64,000 nt of DNA, from the NCBI GenBank assembly GCA_977030845.1, contig OZ365116.1, forward strand, positions 21,700,001 to 21,764,000, given 5' to 3'. The position numbers and the translations under genes are program-made. This document shows positions 49,501-60,517 of this stretch, piece by piece (within the stretch, counting starts at the first letter, position 1; every line of letters begins with the position of its first letter). The notes below the pieces were generated by a model. The model searched no databases. It was not told the DNA's origin and saw nothing but the letters and a program-made list of their open reading frames with translations. The stretch is from Fimbriosthenelais zetlandica. Its lineage: Eukaryota.

Positions 49501-51339
49501 AGCACCTTTTAATATGGAGTCAACTCTAAGCAGGCTTCGTGTTATACATGGAGCTTTTTTATGGCACTCTACTGTCATAATATTTGTTTCATATCCTGAC
49601 CTACCTGGCCTCTTCTTAGAGATGGTTCAGTTATTCATAATATTACAAAAGGCAGCAACCGTTTCAACACTTTTCAACAACAATGATCATACGTTTTTAA
49701 TAAATATGACAAACAACAACTCATTAAACTATACCTGTGATATGCACTTATTATTTAAGATTTTCAACTTATTACATTTTAAGATATTACATTTTTTATT
49801 TAATATTAAGAGCTGTATACAAATAAAGGGCAGGTCATCTGTCTTCTTCTGAACACTCTATCTTAAGCGGCTATTATGTCAATCATTTATTACATGTTAA
49901 GGCATTAGATGTTAAGACATTAGATTTAAGATTGTTTCCTCCCATTTCTAGCAGTCCAACACGAGCGTGGCCCGCGTAACTCCACCATCCGACGCCAGGT
50001 GGCTATGTACCTGAAGGAGACGTCTGAACTGTCAGCCTTGGCTGCTGCCCCTCACCCGTTCCGTCCTCCGTTCCTCGGTGGTATGGTTCCACACATGGAA
50101 CACCTAGCGGCAGCGGACGGCATGACTGTACCCGTAATGGAACATGTCCCGCACTTGGCGAACAGCATCCTCGTCCAACCCACACCAAAGGTTAGTTTAT
50201 CATTTGATTCTTTTAATTTTTCCTAAAATATTAGACAATTTGAGTCACTTGGAGTAGGGAGGAGGGAGCTGATAGAAGGTGGGGTTAGTCTGGTATTAGG
50301 CACAAGCGTTCGTCTACTAAGATATTTAAAAATGGTGATTCTTAAAATAATTATAATTATTTTCATGGTATTTCATTTAGATTTGTATTCATCTAATTGT
50401 TCTTTTTCTACTGTAGTACCCGCATGAGATATCGCCGGCCTACTTCAGCAACCCTGACGCTGTGTGTGAGGCGGCAGCTCGTCTACTCTTCATGTCGGTG
50501 AAGTGGGCAAAGAATGTACCAGCCTTCCTCAGCCTGCCGTTCCGTGACCAGGCCATGCTGCTAGAGGAAGGCTGGCGGGAGCTGTTTGTGCTCGGAGCAG
50601 CTCAATTTCAAATGCCAATAGATGCTGGTCCACTGATGGCAGCTGCTGGTGAGTTTTATTTCATTAAAAATCTTAAAATAGCCATAATTTATGTCCATAT
50701 ACTGCACACTATATTGCACGAAAGAATGATCATTTTGGGCCAATATTTGGATTGTTTCAATACCAGCTTTATTATTAATTTTCTTTCCGTTTTCTCAGGT
50801 ATCAGTTCCGAACAATCTCCTCCAGAAAAAGTAGTCGCAATGATGAGTGAAATCCGATCATTGCAAGAAATCATCGCCAAGTTCAAAGCCATGCAAGTCG
50901 ATCCCACAGAATATGCCTGTCTGAAGGGCATCGTCATCTTCAAAACAGGTACATGTCTTACAATCTCTCCCGTCCACCTTTTCGTTAATTTCTCATTAGT
51001 TCCGCACATATCACGTCACTTAACGGTTGCCCCTTTTATTGACATATTCACCTCTCCTTCTTTTCAGTTGTGGCCGCTGCCAATTCAAACGAGATCAAGA
51101 CATTGCGGGACTTCCACACGGTGACGAGCTTACAGGACCAAGCCCAGCTGACTCTCTCTAAATATATCCAGACTAACTACCCCACACAACCATTCCGCTT
51201 CGGTAAACTCCTCCTCATGCTGCCCACCCTCCGCGCCGTCACCCCCGCCACTATAGAGGAACTCTTCTTCCGTAAAACCATTGGATCTATACCCATAGAA
51301 CGCTTGCTCGTGGACATGTTCAAATCCAATGATTTTTAA
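40517..51339 (+). CDS. NR2E1: Tailless/TLX orphan nuclear receptor, spliced CDS join(40517-40598,41018-41036,41500-41632,49952-50190,50417-50648,50799-50948,51068-51339); 5' partial
   Basis: Manual splicing gives 1127 nt, plus 1 nt from an upstream exon = 376 codons with a single terminal TAA. Protein: [101 protein letters not shown]...QPTPKYPHE...[22 protein letters not shown]...[13 protein letters not shown]...[28 protein letters not shown]. The RIL-x-DIPC start, [32 protein letters not shown] and QPTPKYPHE match Drosophila tll and vertebrate TLX rather than PNR/NR2E3 or dsf (recognised from memory, no database search). Confidence 0.95.
41018..41036 (+). CDS. NR2E1: tll 19-nt microexon (phase 2 to 0): (G)CAGFFK
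   Basis: Acceptor ctctctattttgtttgcag|A and donor AAG|gtaagc; supplies exactly the residues missing between CDG and RSIRR. Confidence 0.92.
41500..41632 (+). CDS. NR2E1: tll exon (133 nt, phase 0 to 1): second zinc finger RSIRR...GMNKD
   Basis: Acceptor ccttttctttatttccag|AGA and donor G|gtaagt; [19 protein letters not shown] motif. Confidence 0.96.
48607..48690 (+). repeat. Polypyrimidine (C/T) low-complexity tract in the long tll intron
   Basis: Almost pure C/T run read directly. Confidence 0.8.
49952..50190 (+). CDS. NR2E1: tll exon (239 nt, phase 1 to 0): T/A box and hinge, AVQHERGPR...QPTPK
   Basis: Acceptor cctcccatttctag|CA and donor AAG|gttagt; [12 protein letters not shown] motif. 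Confidence 0.94.
50417..50648 (+). CDS. NR2E1: tll exon (232 nt, phase 0 to 1): YPHE...LBD helices 3-6
   Basis: Acceptor tctttttctactgtag|TAC and donor G|gtgagt; [16 protein letters not shown]...[17 protein letters not shown] signature. Confidence 0.96.
50799..50948 (+). CDS. NR2E1: tll exon (150 nt, phase 1 to 1): LBD helices 7-9
   Basis: Acceptor ttctttccgttttctcag|GT and donor CAG|gtacat; [16 protein letters not shown] motif. Confidence 0.95.
51068..51339 (+). CDS. NR2E1: tll terminal coding exon: LBD helices 9-12/AF-2, ends at TAA
   Basis: Acceptor ctctccttcttttcag|TT; [16 protein letters not shown] and [11 protein letters not shown] motifs; stop at 51337-51339. Confidence 0.96.
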
Positions 51340-51952
51340 TCACTTGGACCATATTTTATTTTTTTAAAGAAGCTGAAGACCTCAGTTCATGGGATATAGA
51401 ATAGGACATATAGGACTTTGAGAATTGACTTGTTTTTTCGAGTTAGATTATCGAGGAGTCATTCGATAATCGGAGGATGGAATAGATAGACAGAGGAGTG
51501 ACCGACAGCTAGTCACAGACGCGGGAAGTTATAGAGAGAAGATGGCATAAGATCTGCAAAGGAAACTTAAAAAGGGTTCTCCAATACAGATATCTATTAG
51601 GACATTGAAGAATTATATGGATGCTCTCTGCTGCAATAAGAGAGCTGACAAAATGTCTCAGAGACCCATCTTCCCTTTGGCCTGATGTCTGCGAATCAAA
51701 GTAGTGAAAGCGGAAGCCTAGCAAAAAGAAAACGCATAATAATCAACAACTTCCTGGATATCCAGATGCTCTCTATCGAAGGCCAGACCTCGCTGGAATT
51801 CATTGGATGAACTCCTGGCCTGGACTCAAACTGCTAAGGCTTTACGTCCTTATAACTCCCACTCCAATTAAAGGAGAGACAGAAAGACAATGAGACATTA
51901 TTTTATTATATACCCGAAACTAGGTTCTTCCAAAGTCACTAGAACTGTGTAT

Positions 51953-51969
51953 TACAGCAAATACCAAAG
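51953..51969 (+). promoter_or_regulatory. Candidate miR-9 target site in the tll 3' UTR
   Basis: TACAGC-aaat-ACCAAAG: 7mer-m8 seed match plus a 6-nt block complementary to the 3' part of miR-9 (UCUUUGGUUAUCUAGCUGUAUGA). Confidence 0.55.
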
Positions 51970-52595
51970 GATGTGTACGTTTCATAATTGTATAATTCGG
52001 TAATATAATTATAACAATGATGTGCGCACGATGTGATTGGCATGCATAAAGTTCGCATTGGCGCGAGGGACATACGTTCACAATACTGAAGGGTTAAAGG
52101 GTTAGGAAATCCAGTAGTGTGTATACTTGACCAACTGCATTTTGGTATCTTAATATGTGCTTAAACATAAATAGACCTACCCTGGTGAATTAAATTGAAT
52201 TAATGAATTTATAAAGGTGCTTCCAAGATCCGTGCCTCTTTTACGGCCAGATCAGCATCGATTAATTAAAGATTTCAAGACATAAGAACTTTTACATTCC
52301 AAAGTTTCATTCCGGCAGTTATAAAGAATCTGCTAATACCAGCGATGGTAACAAATCAGATTTAGATCCAGCTTTGTTTGAGCTGTTTTTATCACCATTT
52401 TAACGACAAGGTCTCGACCCAGATCCAGACTTGCAGAATTCACTATAACAAGCTTGAATTTCGATCCATCGTTTTGGATCCCTTCACAAGCCACACTGTT
52501 AGTGGCGTAACATCACAAAGAACTAACATCAACATCAATGAAATGCAAGGAAATTTTCTAAATATTATTCTCCGACATGGGTATTTAAACCTGTG

Positions 52596-52601
52596 AATAA
52601 A
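52596..52601 (+). terminator. Candidate polyadenylation signal of tll
   Basis: First canonical AATAAA I found after the stop, implying a 3' UTR of ~1.27 kb; another occurs at 53703-53708. Usage unverified. Confidence 0.4.
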
Positions 52602-55600
52602 TGTTCACTGGAAACTATCAATTCTAGATCCTACAAACATATCATTCAATTTTACATGACGTGGGTGACCTCGATCAGAAATTTCAAACCGGAAGTCCAC
52701 AAAGGGAAGGGAGGTCACTTGGAAGCCACTTACTGAATTGTTACTGTCTTAATTTATTCTTTGTGTACATAGCTATACAAACTTGTTATTACTATTTAGT
52801 CCTATCATTACTATTGGTCACACATTCCACCATCATTCATGGTTGCATTCATGTTCACTATAGATAGCGAAGTAAACTTGTAGAACTCATTCTCATTCAT
52901 ATTCGTCTCATGTTTACGAACACAACCAGGTCATGATTAGTCATAAAGTGTACCTTAAATATCAGAGGAATGGTCAAAATCAAGATTCATATCAAATGTT
53001 TTCAGTTAGTTGTGATAGACTTCCATGAATGACATATCTTGATTTGTGAATTCAGGAAAGGCGTTATAAAAAGAAATCCACGTGAATAGTATGCAAACAG
53101 GAAGTCACTTTGAAATATACATCATTATGTTATTGTAAAGATTTGAAAGTCATTTACTTCTGAAAGTCTTAAAGAGATTGTGCTTAAACTATGGGACAAA
53201 TTGCTTAAATATTTTCGCATTTGTATTTAGAAAAGCACTAAAGAATTAGAGCAGGATCTTGTGCTTTGTCTAATACCCAGTGTGCTTCCGTGAATGATAA
53301 TGATAAGTGAAAGGTATTTGAGTAATAATAATCGTCTGATCTTTTCCTCGTAGCACGTAGCACGACTTTAGATCGTTTGTCTTAAAGCATCAGGCTGCTA
53401 GAACGTTCTTCCATGGTGGTCTTAGTTAATTAAAGATCTAATAATAATTGTTAATTGCATACAGAGTTTTGAATCCTGAATCCACTGTTTGTCTGTTATC
53501 CTCCCAGCATTTATCATGTTTATCCACGAGAGTGGATATAATTTGAGAGGAAGATTTGTCTAGTTTACAAATTGAAATTACGCATTCTTCGTACTAGTAT
53601 TCACCACAGCACTTTTGTCATTATGTCACCTGAATGGGAAAGAAGAACTAACACCATGCATTGTAAATTCATTTGCGAGTGCTCAACTGTACAGATTTAT
53701 GAAAATAAATGTAATATATGCAATACGAAAAATGAAACTCTTTTCTTTGTCAATTCAATTCAAATGGGTCACAAATGAAGGTCAATACCTCATTGTGAGT
53801 TCAAAATGTCAGGCGCGTGTTTATAAATTACAATCATATGTCGTCTCGAGTGAGCCACTGTGAACCTAGGAAACTCTAGGAAACTAAATTATGTTTACCA
53901 CAATAATGTGACACGTGGGAATGACGCTCCTGCAACGGGAGAGTTGGTACAATACAGAATAGCAATTAAGTAAGCAATGTGAAAGACTGGTGGGCCTATA
54001 AATGGAAGGCAAGCAATGCACCAAAGGCGTTGTTTGAAACGCTAATGCAATGTAGCGGTGGATTTAGACTTCATATAGCACACAATAGGTGAGAACGGGT
54101 CAAAAAGTCACCTGATGAAAACACGGATTAATCGACAGAAGAGCTTATTCTCTCATTTGAGTTTTAGTTGTTAAGAATGGTGGCCAGAAGGCAGATTGAG
54201 AGAAATATTGTGATTTTAGATTTGGATGGGATCAGAAGACTGGAATAGATTTCTTGATGCTATGAATGAAAACATTTTATATATTCCACCAGATTATCAC
54301 CTTCAATTAACAGAGTCATTACTTTCATCTTAAAAGGTTTTCCATTTTATTTTGTTGATCTTAATATTGGCAAGGATTACAATGTCATATGCATGTTGCA
54401 ATGAAAGGAAAGTCTTCTTTGTCGCTATCCTAAATTTCATTACGTATTCACTATTCACGGTATTGGGAGTAAATCTAATTTTAAGGTTGATAGATGCGTG
54501 CCGCCACTTTCCTCCTCTCAGACATATTTACCCCAACATTCCCTGCGTTTAGAGCAGTATTCAGTGATAAAGGCCTTAAATCTCATAAGATTGCCTGCTC
54601 GGCAGGACATCTCATGTCTCTCCTCCACCTTTACTGGCCGCTTACTTTGATCCAGGCCCGTGATTTAGTATTGAGCAGAGATTAAGCATACTTCTCGCGG
54701 GAGTAGGTGAGGTGTCTTATAATACACATTTATAGGTACCATACCTAGTCACTTCAAAGGCCCCCTACTCGTAAGACATGACAGGTATGGAGCAATGAGA
54801 GATATGTCTAAGTGACCACCCCCCACTTGACCATTGCTGGGGTAAGTGGGCATTGGTCAAGCAATCGCCTACTCCACCCCACTATCACGCACATCCAAGG
54901 TATAGCTGTATAAAACCCATTATTGCCCACCTTCTCCTCCCCTTTTACCCCACTGTGTGCCTCGTTGCATAACAGTCCTTTCAGTTAAAACACACGCAAT
55001 GGCAATCTCCCAATGGTAGGCCAAATCTCAGAGGAAATTTCGATGGAAACCAACGGCATTTCATTTGTTTGCTCTTGACAGAGGTTATGAAGGGCGGGAA
55101 TCAGATATGGGGGTCTTAGTTGTGATGACACTCAAGGAAAGTTTATTGGTAAATTCGTAAAATAAATAAGTCTCTGCTGTAAAGTTCAGATATGGTAAAG
55201 AAATTTATATTCGGAGACATCAATTTAAAGGTTAACTAATTCGTTTGATTTAAAGGTGATACGCAACAAAAACGCGACTGCTTTGCCCTGCAAATAGCAA
55301 ATTCTTTAGTGATATTCATAAGAACATGAACTTTCTCATTTGACATACATATGCCCATCAATTAATTATTAAGAAACGTTAATTGCAAAAATGTACATTT
55401 TAACTTGAAAAGTAGTCATAATCAATCAACTTGCTTGAATCATATTTCTTTCCTTTCTCCCTTGAGAAATCCTATTGCATATTTTCCTTTTCTCATTTGA
55501 CTAGGTGGTCAAGAGGCGGGAAATTTTCTATGGGATAATTGAGCTTCATATATGAGGGTTCCTAGAGGAGACAACCGTTACTTCATTACTCGACCCCCTC

Positions 55601-55744
55601 TGACACATATTGACATCGTGACATCATCCGCCCAATCATATGCTGAGGTGTTTCCACGGAAATCCTACTGGTGAGAGCACAACAATTTCACACTTAGAAA
55701 GGCAAGAAATGATTATATCATGAAGTTATTGCCCGCTGTTATGA

Positions 55745-55918
55745 ACGTCACTCAGACGTTAACCCGACGTCATGCTAGAATGGAATCGATGTCATGGTGA
55801 CGTCATAACCTGACGTCACTCAGCGTTGATTCCCGTGATTGGCGTAAATTTCCTGGCGGCTCAAGCAGGGGTCACTTCCACTTGGTGACGTAATTGCCTG
55901 ACGTTAACAATGACGTCT
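55745..55918. promoter_or_regulatory. Dense homotypic CRE/ATF cluster downstream of tll
   Basis: Eight ACGT cores in ~175 bp, including perfect TGACGTCA at 55798 and 55811, and TGACGT at 55886, 55899 and 55911. Confidence 0.5.
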
Positions 55919-56738
55919 CAGTGGCAAGTCTGGAGGGCAAAATATTGAAATCAGTTTGGTCGTGAAATTGGGACAAATTGTATTATATTTTATGCCAGCT
56001 ATAAGTGGATAGCTTGAATAGAGTTATACGTGGACAGTTATTGAGATTCTGAGGGCTTTTGTCATGAGTAGAAGCATTTAAATCGGCTGGATTTTACTCT
56101 TTCTATCTCAGATATTTTGGGATACATAGTGTTATGGCTATTATTTGTATGTTAATTATCATATAGCATTCCCATATTCCCAAGAATACATGTAGACCTA
56201 CATCGATTCCCAATTAAAGCTGTGTTTTATGGTTAATTTATATTCAATATTTGAGTTGAGGGTCTGTGGAGTCGGTTGGTTGCTTCTCTTGGGTCGGTAC
56301 TAATTTGTTACAGTGGAACTGGCCAAAATATCAGACAAGCCTCTCTCACTCAGATGGTAAAACCACTGCCAAGACGGTGTGATAGGAGGGGCGGAAGTCT
56401 TTGACACAGGTTTTAGAACTGGGACCCTACTGGCAAATGTTGGAACTGTTAGTACACACTCTCATAACTTCAAAGAAATGGGCGCAGGGAAAAGGACTTG
56501 AACCGCAATATGGTGTATCATCCTGGATACATAATGAATATGGAAACGAATAAGATAATTAGAAGCATCTATTCAATATAAAATATTAATTTTATATGTA
56601 ATTCATCCCTTCAAAATTGACCCCATTAATTTGAGAATATCTCTCCTTTATCTGAAGAGTTACTTTCATAATGTCGCTGGTTTCTCCCGCGGTTCAATGT
56701 GGTAACTGTCCTAACTGTACTAACACCCTCCTCTATCT

Positions 56739-56797
56739 CACTTCCTCTCCCCTTCCCTCTCCTTCCTCTCCCCTTCCTTCTCCTTCCCTCTCCTTCC
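56739..56797 (+). repeat. Polypyrimidine (CCTTC/CCTCT) low-complexity tract
   Basis: Almost pure C/T run read directly. Confidence 0.8.
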
Positions 56798-58392
56798 TGA
56801 CTTTATTTCCTGAGTTCCAAACACCAGACAAAGGCTTCTCCCGTCCACCTCAGCAGTCAACCAATCAGAGGACAATTATCTCCTGACGTCACATTCCCTC
56901 CAAATCTCGTACGTCGTGAGACTTCGGGGCGAGAATGAAGTGAGAAGCCTGTAATGGTGGCAGGGTGACAATGGGGGTATCCCTGGTGAGGACAATACGT
57001 CATGGACAATGGGAGGGTAGGGGTGTAGCCATAGAAATTGTAAGAGCAAACAGAGATGAGTTGGCGGGTTATATTGTGGAGACTAAGTACATATATGCAG
57101 TGGTATTGTCTGAGGTTTCAGCTGTTGCACCTCTTAGCATCATCAGCACCTCTGACAAAGAGAGTTGAGAGGAGAATGTCAGCAATCAAGCCACTAGTCA
57201 CTTCTGGTGGCAAATCTGCTGAGGAGAACTCATCCACTTAGATTCATACTCAAGATGCAAGATCTCTTTAAAATAAATGGCACTTTGTAAATGGCTAAAA
57301 TAAACTCGACAAAAAGATTCCCACCCTCACCCTCATCGAAAAGTAGATCTTTAATGAGCTTAAAAATAGGCCAGCCTACTTCTTTTTGTATTGTAATAAT
57401 TTCCAAACATATTCAATATCCGATTTGAAGTTATCTTATTCCATCCAATATTGACTCATTTAGATATCCTCAATATCACATAGCTTGATTTGCCCCAAAT
57501 ATTTATGATAGATATTCTACGTTGATATATGGACAGGTACTGATTAATATGTACATTAACACTTACTGTCATGGATCATTGAACTTGGCCATTTATGAAT
57601 GGATATAATAAGGCCGTGATTGACTGATGTAATTTTCCTTGTGACCACATTTTAATCGATGTACCCAGCTAGTAGTATTAATACACTGGGGAGGTATAGG
57701 CCTATCAACTTGAATTCCAATAACATGCTTCATCTAATCTTTCAGAATGTCAAGATGTATAAGACCCCACCTGCAAAATCGATTGTGGGGAACTATTTAG
57801 ATTGCCAACGACTTAAAAATCAATATAACTTGGCTTGACTTCACCTTATGAAGTACATGTACTTCCCTACTTTTGATAGAGCCATCTGTTGTGTAAATGT
57901 GGAACTAAACTTATAGGCCTCGAGTGCATGTATCTGGATGCATTTCTCAGTTGACTCATAGACCATGATCAGATTTTAAACTATATCGATAATTGATACT
58001 TTTACATGGTTGACCTTAAAGATTGGTTCTGAGATATATGACCAATCTATGAGTAATTTTATAAATCAATGAGAAATCAATGACTAGAGTGACTAGAATC
58101 AGTTTCAATGAGTAACATGTCACTGGTGGGAGGTCTCTTGTTGGGATTTACATCTGTATTTATTGGTGGTGAGTGTAACAGAGATCCAGACGTCAGATAG
58201 AAGCGTCTCAGTGAGGATAACGACGTCAGGGTCAGACTATGTCATCTGATAGGCAACCGCGCATGACGGCGAGGCGGCTGCCTACTCAAACCGGAAGTGA
58301 CGGAGAAAGAAGAGTGTCAGAGAGACAGAGACAGTCAGAGACAGAGGGATAGAGGGGGTGGAGGGATAGACAGAGAGAGAGATAGAAAGAGG

Positions 58393-58396
<4 letters not shown>

Positions 58397-58450
<54 letters not shown>
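58397..58450 (+). repeat. (GA)27 microsatellite within a ~200-bp purine-rich tract (58300-58500)
   Basis: Uninterrupted GA run; explains the RERERE/SLSLSL ORF-track entries. Confidence 0.95.
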
Positions 58451-58455
<5 letters not shown>

Positions 58456-59592
58456 GGAGGCAGACGGAGGGATAGGGGAGTGGGAGGGTGAGGGAGAAAT
58501 TTCAGCCTTGTGAGTGTCCCTATGCTCATAGAAGCAAAGTATACTACATGTATAGGTCTTTTCTTTTTGTGGCATTTATGATGAGATAATTGTTTCTTCC
58601 CCTTTCACTTACGACTAATTATCTTCTCATGGCCATGCTTTTGCCTTTGTCTTTTCCTTCATTTGAGCTACATACACACATTTAAAGTCATTACCCTATG
58701 GGTGTCCAACAAATCTGATGCGATTACATTTTAAATATCATCAAATTATCCACCCACCCTCTGACGATTAGCCCTGGAACCCATGCAGTACAAAATGAAA
58801 CAGTCATTTCCCCTCATATCTAGCGACATATATTGGGAGCGTGCTCTCTAGGGTCAGTATGGAATGTGGAAGTCTATTGTCAAGCCATAATCTTCTGCAG
58901 GTGTTCCAGAGCAAGGTTGTGGCCTCTTGACTTGAAAGGAAAGAATTCAGAGAGGCAAGCAGCCATTTTAGTGACCATTAAATTGTCCAGATTGACCAGA
59001 CGTTGTCGCTAGGGGTCGTCAAAGAGAATCTCGACATTTTGCTAATTGGTCTCGACAGACGCCCCATCTGGCGGTCAGCGAGGATGGCGCGGGGCGGCCG
59101 TCAATTCACCTTTCTCTTTTGTAGCCAATTCCTCGCTCCTTCTTGCATGCTTCAAATTAAAGATGTCAATAAGTTTTTTAAAGTCAGACAAGCACAGTCG
59201 CCGCTATTTTAAAATGAATTTTCATCTCCTGACATAGAATTTTAAAGTGAGGGAGGAAAAGAGAGCTGGGATGTGTATATAATAGGGAGGGTGGGAAAGG
59301 AAAGACAGAGAGCATGGAAGCAATATTTGGTGGATCATTTTTACAGATAGGGGGCAGTAAATGGACAAATACCACCTGCAGCCTGGTTAAGGGAAGATGA
59401 CTCGACCTTTTAAGCATGTTATTCTATACATTGATTCACTTCCTTACAAAGACGAGATTGCCCACACCTGCGCCGGCGCTTCCACACTAAGCAAACACTG
59501 AGTTATTTGCCATTTGAATACAAAACTCCTATCAACATTGTTAACTTTCAAGCCGATGTGTGTCCCCTATACTGTTAGCCCCTTCCTGAGGG

Positions 59593-60150
59593 CACTTCCG
59601 GTGGCCTTTCTTGCCTCCTGAGTGGAGAGCGTCGTGCCCGCCGTGCCCTGTGCGGGTCCCCGGCGGTGTTGTGTGTCGCGCGCCGGGCGGACATTCATCA
59701 CAGCTCCGGAAGTGGAATGATATTATTGTCGGTTATGGTCCGTGTTTAATCCCAGGCAAAATGCCCGTGTTAACGGGTTGAGAGGGAGATGAAAGTGTAT
59801 TTGTCATGTTGTTAGAGGGGTATGCGTTCTGGCGTGTTTGAACGCCCAGTGTGATATGGGTCAGAACATTCTGCAAGCTTTAAAGCACGTCCGCCAATGG
59901 GCAATCTCAGAAACGTACATGTTCCTAATATAGTCGATTATCTTCATTTTATCTTATATTGTAGCACATATTATAGCTTTTTTAGTGCTTATCAAGTTTG
60001 CATTGATTGAAACAAACGCGTTCACATGTGATGTTCATCAATTTGTTGAAATTCACCTGAACCGGAAGCGCGCGCCTTGACGCGTCATTTTGATATTTTC
60101 AAAAGTGACGCGCGGGAGAAGCGGTCGCGCGGCAACTAGCTGGCGCTATG
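59593..60150. promoter_or_regulatory. CpG-rich promoter-like region with ETS motifs
   Basis: CACTTCCGG at 59593, CCGGAAGTG at 59706, ACCGGAAGC at 60061; dense CGCG stretches at 59630-59690 and 60065-60150. Confidence 0.45.
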
Positions 60151-60517
60151 TTTGAAGTCACCCGCCTTTGTATCATATCATTTTGAATTCATTACATCAT
60201 GATTTATCTATTTTTAGGCTGAAGCCTCTATTATCTGCCAACTATAACCGACCCAAAGGGCGCCGTGAGAGCGTGGCTCTGTTCGATGCCACAAAGGCCG
60301 TCCTTTGACCAAAATTAAATGGAAAGGTATGTCTTATGAAAATAATATAATGCTGGTACAGAAAGAGAAGGACAAGGGTTCCTCGACTTATAGGGTACCC
60401 TTGCTCTTTTGAAGTGCATTCAAATTTTGACCGTGGGTGGGTTGGTGGGTGGGGGTGGGAGTTGGGGTGGGATAGAGGCAGGTGCGCCCCTCACTATATA
60501 CTCCTATATAGACTTAC

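Noticed and set aside
50462-51124. 220-aa ORF-track entry read as a standalone LBD protein
   Set aside because: It is a read-through of two tll exons, two introns and the out-of-frame start of the last exon, from a GTG codon; splice sites and homology define the real structure.
51446-51471. 9-bp perfect stem-loop in the tll 3' UTR (and a weaker hairpin at 51780-51821)
   Set aside because: Several stems of this length are expected by chance per window; no known motif such as SECIS is evident.
54826-54861. 12-bp inverted repeat (11/12) containing TGACC/GGTCA half-sites
   Set aside because: Within chance expectation, and the spacing does not fit a standard nuclear-receptor response element.
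58282-58575. ORFs with RERERE/SLSLSL runs
   Set aside because: Translation artefacts of the GA microsatellite; the same applies to the ORFs over 7900-7955.
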